In this document: in pieces, positions 39,908-48,500 of the stretch
How positions within the stretch are numbered: the first letter of the stretch is position 1
Layout: each line of letters begins with the position of its first letter
From: Planctomycetota bacterium
Lineage (GTDB): Bacteria; Planctomycetota; UBA8108; SXIK01
Direction: 5' to 3'
Length of the DNA: 64,000 bases
Assembly (NCBI GenBank): GCA_965223265.1
Contig: OZ244999.1
Coordinates: 256,001 to 320,000, forward strand
The notes under the pieces: generated by a model
The model's input: the letters and a program-made list of their open reading frames with translations, nothing else
Told to the model about the DNA's origin: nothing
Database searches by the model: none
Program-made: the position numbers and the translations under genes

Positions 39908-40090
39908 ACGTGGAACGAGACGACAGGCTTTCTTCGACGGACGGGCGGCCGTGGCCCAGACCACTTTCACGAGAAGGCTATCTTAGGTCACGCCGGATCG
40001 GCAGAGCCCAATCGAGCTAAGTTGGCCCGGCGTGTCGTTTCTGTCCTAGCTGAAGACCTTCGCCGAGCTTGGGAACGGTAGTTACGAATT

Positions 40091-40106
40091 CGGAACAAGT
40101 TTTGCT
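40091..40106 (+). promoter_or_regulatory. Candidate sigma54 (-24/-12) promoter
   Basis: cGGAACAAGTTTTGCt: GG-N10-GC spacing with TTGCT; GGAAC rather than the consensus GGCAC. Confidence 0.55.
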
Positions 40107-40155
40107 ATGCGTGTTTCGTACCCCATTTTCCCACGCACACCAGCAGTACCGAGCG

Positions 40156-40416
40156 GTGAAACCGTCAGCTACGATCGAAATTCTCGGCTATCTGACTGAG
40201 CGACCTCGCGCAGGAGACAGCCTCGATGGCATTGCCGAGTGGTGGGTGCTCAGTCGCTGCGTCGAGCATCGGCTAGCGGAAGTGCGAGAGGCGCTGTCAG
40301 AACTCGTTCAGCGAGGCTTCGTGACGGAATGCGTGTTGAAGGATACGACCCGCCTCTACCGACTCAACGAAGACAAACTACCTGAGATTCAAAACTTCCT
40401 TGAGCAGCAGCCATGA
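40156..40416 (+). CDS. Small winged-helix-like hypothetical protein
   Basis: EILGYLTERPRAGDSLDGIAEWWV...VREALSELVQRGFV...LYRLN; overlaps the next gene by 4 bp. GTG 40156 chosen over track start 40069. Confidence 0.72.
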   Translation: MKPSATIEILGYLTERPRAGDSLDGIAEWWVLSRCVEHRLAEVREALSELVQRGFVTECVLKDTTRLYRLNEDKLPEIQNFLEQQP

Positions 40417-40874
40417 AAGCAACACAAGTTAAGGAAAGCCTCACCGAGGAGCAGGCCCGGATCGCGACATTTGCGAAGTCGCCTCCTGATGCTGACTCGC
40501 CGAACTGCGGTGCGATGGATCGACTGACCCAGGAGCTTCGCAGCCTGTTGGTCAAGTACGAAGACGAACTCGGCGAGTGGGTTGAACTCGACCACAACTC
40601 GGGAAACGATTCGGGACAACTGACCGTCGCTGGCGTCGAACTCGATGGCTTCACCTATGTGCTCTGTCGCATGCCGACCGCGACCCAGCAGCCGCTCTCT
40701 CAGAGACAGCGTGAGATCGCGCTCCTCGTTGCAGATGGTCTGCCGAACAAGACGATCGCTTGTCGACTCGGCATAAGCAGCGCGACGGTTGCAGTGCATC
40801 TACAGAGGATTTTCCGCAAGCTCAACATCGATTCACGCACACAGCTTGCCCGGCAAACTGTGCTGTTCGCCTAG
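40413..40874 (+). CDS. LuxR-type HTH transcriptional regulator
   Basis: LSQRQREIALLVADGLPNKTIACRLGISSATVAVHLQRIFRKLNIDSRTQL; no recognisable receiver domain. Confidence 0.88.
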   Translation: MKATQVKESLTEEQARIATFAKSPPDADSPNCGAMDRLTQELRSLLVKYEDELGEWVELDHNSGNDSGQLTVAGVELDGFTYVLCRMPTATQQPLSQRQREIALLVADGLPNKTIACRLGISSATVAVHLQRIFRKLNIDSRTQLARQTVLFA

Positions 40875-41168
40875 GCGTGGCCATTGGTGCAGTGGATGTG
40901 CAGCTTTGCTCGTGCGGAGAATCTGCCACGCGTTCCCTGGTGCCCTCCCCAGGGTATTCGCGCCCCAGCCTTAGCAGCAGCCCGCTGAACGTTGAAAAAG
41001 CCAGTCGGCTGAGAAACAGGCCTCTTCACGCCCAGCTCGACCACGGCGAGCCTCGCCAGTCTGTCTCATAAAAAGAGGGCTCGGAGATTGTCTACGTTCG
41101 CCGCGGCCGATCTGGACGCGAAGCGACCAGTTTTCAGCTCGAAGCACTTTCTCAGGCAGGCTGTTAGG

Positions 41169-42614
41169 TTAGAGTCCACGGAGAAGTATGTAGACCATGT
41201 ATTGGTCATGTATGTAGGTGCGTCGACTGAACTTTTCGTCGTGTAACTTTCTGAACGCAGCTTTGATTTCGTCCCAAACTTCTTCTTGATCATCTGATGA
41301 GGTGTAAGAGAGAAGAGGAGCCATGTAGATATCATTCCCATAGCCCTTCGCCGCTTCCACGTACTGATCTGTATCGTCGTAGCGAACGGGCTCGTACGTC
41401 AATTTGGCTTCGAGGATTTTAAAGTTGTCACGAGCATGGCCAACGATCATGGGCAGAGTCTGGAGTCCGATGGGGTTTTCGAGGAAACTCTGCCACAAAT
41501 TGACGGCGTCCCCTCCGGACTTCAGGGCAATTCTTTCGCGAAGAACCTGCCTGTAGGCGCTCAAAAAATCCCGGCCCGTTCCGGCAGCAGCTATCGATGC
41601 AGCGAGCGTTCCACCGGGGAGCAATACCTCTCTGCATGCTTGGAATGCCCGGCCGATCACGGTCGAATCGAGAAGCCAATGGAACACGTTGTTGGCCAAG
41701 ATCAGACTGACACGTCCTCCCGCGGACACCCGGTTTTGAAGGGCATCTGGAGCCATCTCGCGCAAATCTGCCTCGAACACGTCTGAGTAGGTTTCACTCG
41801 CTGCCGACGTCAAGCTCGCAATCATGTTCGGGGCGTTGTCGAAGCCGAGCTTCGTGTGAGCTTCGCGTATCCAATCACATCGATGTTCCTCCACGGCGTA
41901 TTGAGCTACTTTGCCGACCAAGCCAGTTCCGCAACCGATGTCCAGCCACGAGTCGTGGCTGCTCGGGATATCTTCCCGGTCCACCGCTGTCTTGATCATT
42001 CGGAAGAGTTCGACGGCATTGCGTCGTTGCATCGAATTCTGAGCATCTAACGTCGCAGCATATCGATCAGCATTTCGTTCGAAATTCAACTTGACGACGT
42101 CAGGCAAGTCTTGGGGCCCCTTGACATTCACATGCTCTGTCAGTCGCTGATTGACGATCGGGTGGTGCCTGCCGTGTTCGTTGCTCATCGCAATCGATCC
42201 CTGAGGCGCGAGACTTGCGAACTGATCTTTGAGCTCGCGGCGAACGTCGACGACATTGCGAACGTCAATGTGATTGATTGTCGCGAGATGCTTCGGCACT
42301 TCGCCTTCTCTGATGATGGCAAGAATCTTCGCTTCTTTCGTTCCGCGTTCGATGAAATGCTGGACAATCCATTGGTACTCCGCGTGGCAAGCACCTTGTT
42401 GAGCGTCGAGACTCTCCTGGTAGCTTTTCGTTATCAAGAGAATCACATAATCGTTGTCTTGGATTTCTTTCAACACCCAGTCGGTCCAAATCGCCGTCTT
42501 CGGGATGTCTTTATCGGTGCGAACTTGGATGCCATAGCCATCTTGGAGAGTGGGAATGATCAGATCATCGATGAGTGATCGATCCTCTCGTGCGTAAGAA
42601 ACGAATGCTCGCAT
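41169..42614 (-). CDS. TIR domain fused to a class I SAM-dependent methyltransferase
   Basis: N-terminal AFVSYARED...DYVILLITKSY...ACHAEYQW; C-terminal WLDIGCGTG, GFDNAPNMI, LILANNVFHWL, VLLPGGTL. Confidence 0.85.
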   Translation of the reverse strand: MRAFVSYAREDRSLIDDLIIPTLQDGYGIQVRTDKDIPKTAIWTDWVLKEIQDNDYVILLITKSYQESLDAQQGACHAEYQWIVQHFIERGTKEAKILAIIREGEVPKHLATINHIDVRNVVDVRRELKDQFASLAPQGSIAMSNEHGRHHPIVNQRLTEHVNVKGPQDLPDVVKLNFERNADRYAATLDAQNSMQRRNAVELFRMIKTAVDREDIPSSHDSWLDIGCGTGLVGKVAQYAVEEHRCDWIREAHTKLGFDNAPNMIASLTSAASETYSDVFEADLREMAPDALQNRVSAGGRVSLILANNVFHWLLDSTVIGRAFQACREVLLPGGTLAASIAAAGTGRDFLSAYRQVLRERIALKSGGDAVNLWQSFLENPIGLQTLPMIVGHARDNFKILEAKLTYEPVRYDDTDQYVEAAKGYGNDIYMAPLLSYTSSDDQEEVWDEIKAAFRKLHDEKFSRRTYIHDQYMVYILLRGL

Positions 42615-43227
42615 GACTTCGCCTTTCCGTCAGTTGACGGACAGTTGGCACTAACTACTCGGCGATTCCCGTCCATCTCCTACTGGGTTAGACGCAGGAC
42701 GGCGCGCCATCCAGCGCCGTTCGGTCGACAAGCGCTAAGCTCGAACATAGGCTACGTCAGGAAGAGTTAGATTTCCATACACTCGGAGTCGACACGTCAG
42801 ACTTGGCTTGTGAGGCCGCGAGTGAGCGATGGAGCACTCTATCCGGCTGCCATGAGTGCGTTGAACGTCATCGAAAGAGTGCATCGAGGTAGTGGCAAGA
42901 GCTACGGCTCATCGTGCCGTCCGGCCATTTCACAACTGCGTAGAGTGTCGGCCGAGCTAGCTCTGTTGGCAGGTGCGTACCGAGCGCATTGCTGGTCTTT
43001 CTAGTGGCCCTCGACGCGGAAGCTGTGGCTGCGTTCGTGAGTTGGATTCGTTCGCTTCGTTTTGGCTAAGCGCCAGCAAGTAGCAGATGGGAGTCATCCA
43101 TCTTGTGTACTTTACTTTATGTACACCTACTCGATGACTTGCAGGCGATACGAACGCCGGTACCTTCGCTACTAAGGAGCAGTCTCATCTTCTTTTCGGT
43201 CGACGTCTCTCGCGACGCTGGAGGTAA

Positions 43228-44001
43228 ATGATGGTCAAGGCAGTCTTCAAAGGTTTTCGCATCCTTTTCGCTTTGCCGCTTAAGGCCACGATCTATGCAG
43301 CTCTGGTAGCAGCTGGTGCCTGTCTGGGAGTCTTTGGTCCGTCGTTGTGGGAAGCAGGCACCGAAGCGCTGGCGCTCTTGCAGAGTAGTGCGAACGATTC
43401 GACATTCGATCCTCAGGTGCTTTTGAGCCCCGAGAAGGAGCTCGATCTGATTCGCGACGTGAAAGAAGACACGGAGCCGCGACTCAAGCGCGCACAGATT
43501 CTCATTCGGAAGCAGCGCGCCGAGATTGAGTACCTCAAGGAAAGATCGACATTCATTGAGGAGCGAGTTCCCCGCGGACCTGGAGAGACCCGTACGGGCA
43601 CCGAGATTCTGCGCGGCCTCGAGGCCACCCTTGCCGACTCGACATCGGCGACGGACGAAGTCCGTGAGCGTTTTGACAGGTGGGGAGGTCCAAGGTGGAC
43701 TGCGCTTCGCGAAAAGAGCCAAGCGCTTGAGGATTCCCTCAAAGACCTCCTGCGAATGCAAGATCGCGTTGAGTTTCTCCACGATCGACTCGAGCAGCGG
43801 CGACTGGCGACACTCCGTTTCGCTCCCGACAATGAACGAGATTCCAAAGGGACGGAGCGCAAAATGGAGCTCCCTGAGGTCGAGGAGTCACGACAACTTC
43901 TTAGCCAAGTTCATGAGGAACTTTTCAAAACGGTGTACGCGCTCGATCCGACTCTAGTGAGAGAACGGCCTGAGGTCGCTTCGCACGCCAGTGGTGAATA
44001 G
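43228..44001 (+). CDS. Membrane-anchored coiled-coil hypothetical protein
   Basis: GGAGGT RBS; hydrophobic N-terminal segment followed by Glu/Arg/Leu heptad-rich helices. Confidence 0.7.
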   Translation: MMVKAVFKGFRILFALPLKATIYAALVAAGACLGVFGPSLWEAGTEALALLQSSANDSTFDPQVLLSPEKELDLIRDVKEDTEPRLKRAQILIRKQRAEIEYLKERSTFIEERVPRGPGETRTGTEILRGLEATLADSTSATDEVRERFDRWGGPRWTALREKSQALEDSLKDLLRMQDRVEFLHDRLEQRRLATLRFAPDNERDSKGTERKMELPEVEESRQLLSQVHEELFKTVYALDPTLVRERPEVASHASGE

Positions 44002-44059
44002 GCTGACGACGGGGGGGTGATCATAACCAAAGCGGAGGCGTTCGTCTGGAGGCGTAACC

Positions 44060-44911
44060 ATGCCCGTTGCAAAGATCGTCGTACTCACTTTTGTTGCCTT
44101 TTGCGTGCAGTGCGTCGCCATCGTCAGAGCAACCCCGACCGAACGACTGTCTGAGGAGGAGGTCTACGACAAAGTCGTCGCCTACTTGAAATCGGCTGCC
44201 GCCGACGACAAGAAATGGAAAAACGTCAAGGACAAAAAGAATCCTGACGTCGGTCTTCCGGGAAATCACGGATACGACATTGGCTATCAATTCTACGAAG
44301 AGGAGATCAAAGAGTCGGATGAAGGGCACTTTCACGCCCGGGGTATCGTGGGATGGCGCTGCGTGAGGTATTGGTATTACCCAGCTGGCGAGCACTCCGG
44401 GACTAAGAAGATACGTGTTCACTGTGTCCCGAATTACAGAGCGGACAAGGATATCGACAGTGGCTTGCCTAAGTCAGTCAAGCCGGGTGGCGGCTATGCT
44501 TTCTACCGAGCCTTGACTGTGGAGGGGAAACTTGTCTACGAGTGCCGTGCTGACGAAGCAGGCAAATTCTCGTGGAGTCTGATCGGTGTCGACTCCGGCA
44601 AACTGTACGACGAGAATCGGAAGAGTGTCGGGGACGTTTCGGTCGACGAAGGCAAGTGGGTCTGGACCATCGACGGCAAGAGGGTCACTGGCAAGTTGGA
44701 AGACGGGAAAGTGTCGACACCGAAGAGACCCGGGGCTGCTAACTGGCAACGCTTTAAGGTAACAGAGGATCCGCACACTTTGGCGAAGTACGTCGTACGA
44801 CTCAACACAAAGGGCGGTGCGGCTCCAGTAGGCGGTTGCAACGCGACGCATCACGGCACGGAAGCTCGAGTTCCGTTCACAGCGTCCTATCGTTTCTACC
44901 GTGTGGAGTAG
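44060..44911 (+). CDS. Exported DUF3455-like protein with N-terminal extension
   Basis: GGAGG RBS; signal peptide; C-half GKLVYEC...W...LYD...W..DG..VTG...YVVRLNTKGGAAP..C...RVPFTASYRFY. Confidence 0.72.
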   Translation: MPVAKIVVLTFVAFCVQCVAIVRATPTERLSEEEVYDKVVAYLKSAAADDKKWKNVKDKKNPDVGLPGNHGYDIGYQFYEEEIKESDEGHFHARGIVGWRCVRYWYYPAGEHSGTKKIRVHCVPNYRADKDIDSGLPKSVKPGGGYAFYRALTVEGKLVYECRADEAGKFSWSLIGVDSGKLYDENRKSVGDVSVDEGKWVWTIDGKRVTGKLEDGKVSTPKRPGAANWQRFKVTEDPHTLAKYVVRLNTKGGAAPVGGCNATHHGTEARVPFTASYRFYRVE

Positions 44912-44920
44912 GCGGTAGCG

Positions 44921-45478
44921 CTAAGTCGCGCCGGCGTCAGCTATGTTGCTTCCACGACTCTCAGAGGCGATGAGGCGTTCGATCTCGGCACGTTCGTTCG
45001 CGAAACCCTCCCCGATGTCTGAGCGCATGGCGAGGATGAGCTCGAGAAGAGACGGCTCGATCTCGTCGTCGTCGCCGCACGCTCGTTTGAAGTCTCCATA
45101 GCGGCTCAAGACACCTCGTGGCGCTGACAGTAAAAACCTCGGCTCGATCATCGCGACGCTTGTCGTGAACTCGGTGGGATTCATCGGCGCGCGTACCTGC
45201 CGGAGGCCGAGACTAACAAGCTCTTCGTACATCCTTCCCCTGTCTTCTTTCATACGTGCCCGAGCTGTAAGCCTAGCACCGCCCCGGAAACCACCCGAGA
45301 TGACAAGAGCACCCAACACCAGTGCTACTGAGACCACGAGCAACACGGTCGCTGTTTCGTGTTGAAGCTTCGAAACGTTGCCCTTCAGGTACGCAAAGAG
45401 TCGGTAGCCTCCCCAGCTGACCAAGGCAAGAGCAGCAAGGCCGACTATGAGCTGTGCGATAGGTCTGAGCATCTTCAT
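44921..45478 (-). CDS. Hypothetical membrane protein (2 TM), directly downstream of the toxin-tipped DUF4157 gene
   Basis: Two hydrophobic helices, then a helical soluble part (LILAMRSDIG). Start at ATG 45478 or TTG 45490. Confidence 0.7.
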   Translation of the reverse strand: MKMLRPIAQLIVGLAALALVSWGGYRLFAYLKGNVSKLQHETATVLLVVSVALVLGALVISGGFRGGARLTARARMKEDRGRMYEELVSLGLRQVRAPMNPTEFTTSVAMIEPRFLLSAPRGVLSRYGDFKRACGDDDEIEPSLLELILAMRSDIGEGFANERAEIERLIASESRGSNIADAGAT

Positions 45479-45500
45479 CCGACTCGCCAAAGGTAGTCGT

Positions 45501-48500
45501 CTACAGTTCTAATAGACTGCCGCTTGCGTCAAAAGTTACGATTCTCGGGCTCGGTGGAGGCGCCACTTCGATGTGTATTAAGAGGCTTCTCGTGCGCTCT
45601 CCGGGGATCCTTTGCACCAAGTCATATTCGGCTGTTCTCAAGAATGGGACAAGCCCGACGGGTGACGCAAACTCCTGAGCTTCCGCCCGGGCCAAGAGCT
45701 GGAGAGTGCCGTTGCGGCTATTTGTCAGCTGAGAAGCTTGGCGGATCATGCTCTCTATACGATCGTTCTGCCACCTCAGGTTTACCGAACGTGGCCCGAG
45801 CCACAGACCAGCGGCCGCTTCATCGCCAAATCCAGGTCCCCAAAGATGAAGTTGTTGCCACTGATGAGGGTTCGGGAGCCCCACCTCGCGCGGACTGAAG
45901 AGGAAACTTCGTCGACTGTTGAAGTTGGCAAGCCGCCCTCCAGGAGGAGGGCGCACGACACCCTCAAGGCTAACGCCGTAGATTCCGCCGGGGGTGCGAC
46001 GTATTGTTATACGCTGCACGCCCGGAGTCGGCACTCTGCCTTCAGTAAAAGCTGTTCGCCGCTCGAAATCGGTGAGCTGGGACGCGTCGCCTCGAATTCT
46101 GCCGGTTTCGGGGTGAAACACCACACAGAATGGAGCCGTGCTATGGCGGCACCACCGACCTGGCGCGCTCTGTCGCCATGTGTGCCCGCCGAGCGTGACT
46201 TCGTCGAGCCCCGGTCGTGCTTCTAAGCGACGGCGGACAATCGCGAGTTCGGCGTCGAGCTCGGCTCCCGTCAGATCTCGTCCTTCCCTTCGTGTCGTCC
46301 GATTGACGACGGAGGTCTCATCCGGGGTGAGCTCGTCGGCTCGACGCGATCGAACCGACGGTTCGTCCCCTACTCGACGAGACGCCCTTACACGCTCCGC
46401 TACATCGTCCGTCCCTCGTCTTCCCGCGCTCGCGGCTTCGTCGGCGTAACGTAGAATCGGTCTCAATGCGGATTCTACGCGCCTCACGATGGCTCGCATG
46501 CCCGGCAGCCGACTAACGTAGCTTGCCATGCTCGCGAGGAATCCCATCATTGGACGCAGCAGTGGTCCAACGACCCGCGTCAGCACGCCGAAGATCTCGC
46601 CCCCAAGATCAAGGAGTCGAACGAGCATCCTGAGGGGCCATTTGAGAGCATTCAAGGCCGCCGAGCCACCGGCGGTCAAGAGAGCTAACACGATTTCGAA
46701 GAGCACCATGCCAGCGACGAATCCGACTCTATTGCCGACCTGGAAATCGGGAAGGCCGATGAACTCTAGAAAAGCGTTCGCCATGCGACGGCCAAGTCCG
46801 GCTGCGCCTGTAACCAGACGATCCCACGCTTGCCACAATATGTTGAAGAGACCCGTTTCGTTCGCAACGTCGCGGCTACTCGCTTGCTCTTGACCACTTC
46901 TCCATTCAGCTTCGGCGCCTTCCATCGACGCCGCTGCAGCACCGATTGACTGCATCGTCTCCGGACTCGGTGGGGCGGGAGTCTGTTCGGCTCGCGCGGG
47001 CGCTGCCGCGTCTAGGTTGCCTCCGACCTCCTCGCTCCCCTCCTGGGCGTCGAGCGCCGCATTCAGCAGAGACGCCTCAACCTCGTCGCGTTGCATCCCT
47101 GCGATTTGAAGGTCGTCTGTCGACCGTGTGGACGGTGCCGGCTGTGAACCTCCGCTGTCGACTGTCGAGCTACTTATAGCGGGCGGCGAACTCGGTGCTA
47201 GCGATGGAGGCGCAATGGACCTTCCTACGGCTGCTAGCGGCGTTTCGCCGAAAACTCGTTGGAATGTGCTGTGAAGGAGTCGATTCAATCCGCTAACGAC
47301 TCGAATCAGAAGGGCGATGATTTCAAATGGTTCCACCAGGCCTGACCAAATCCCACGGAGAAGCCCCCAGGAGTAACCTGCCAAAAGCCGTGCAGATCCT
47401 CCCACCAGCTCGGCAATTCGATTCGCCACCTGGACGCGAAGCTGGACGGTCTCTTGGTCTTGTCCACGGAATCGATTGAGAAATCCGAGTGCGCTACGTT
47501 TGAGAAGTGTACCCAACGGACCCAATCCGAGAAACGCAGGAAAGCCCAGAAGAAACGTATACAGAACCTCAATCACAAACGTCGCGATCGGTGGCTTGAG
47601 GCGCTCGGGGACAAGTCCCCAGAGAGCCCGTGCGAAGAGAACTGGAATGCGCAGAGGGTTCGCAACTGTAAGGATTAGCTGCCCGAGGAAATCAAGGATT
47701 GGCTCTAGGAACGCGACGACAGCCCGGAACGCTTCGCTCAGCGCGTTCACAAGACCTGTAAAGTCGTTCCTCGCCCAATCCGCGAGTGCGTGGAATTGCC
47801 GAGCGATGAAATTCATCACGCGCTGAAACGACCGAACGCAGCCATTCACTCCCAGCGCGGTCTGAAGACCTTCAAAAGAACCGCTGAGGCTGGCGGTTAG
47901 ACCGCTCAGCCAGGTGGCAGCGTTGGCCATAGCGCCAGCAGCAACGGCTGAAATGCGGATCACCGATGGAATGATGTCTTCGTGGAGAATCTCGCGTGCA
48001 CGCACCAAGACATCGGTGGCGTTCCAGTTGTTCCAGAGCCATCTGAGTCGTTCCCAGAGCGGAAGAATCACTTCGTTAAGAACGATGAACGGCCCGAGAG
48101 GAGAGAAGAGGAGAAAAACTCCACCGATCACTCTCAGGGGGCCCATGATCGGCTGGAGCGTCCTGGTGACGGTTTCCCAGAAAGCCGAAGCTTTCTCGAC
48201 AATCCATTCGCGAGCTCCCGCGCTACTTTCCCAGGCGAGATTGAACTGTGCTTTGACCCAGTTCCATGCACGTGTGCCCAGGTCTCGTATTGGCTCGGTT
48301 ACATCCCATACCCAATCCGCGAGCGACGTGATCGTGTTCCACACTTCGCTCCCCGCGGCAGTCAGAAAATCAGCGACCGGTCTACCGACCGTTTGCCAAA
48401 TCTGGTTGACCTTCTCCTGCACGCCCTGGATGAAACCCTGAAGCCGACCGATGAACGGGAGACCATATTCCTGGATGGCAACGACAACTGGTTCCAGGAT

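Noticed and set aside
43062-43078. Second sigma54-like site TGGCTAAGCGCCAGCA
   Set aside because: GG-N10-GC spacing is right, but both the CAC and TTGC consensus positions are missing; likely chance.
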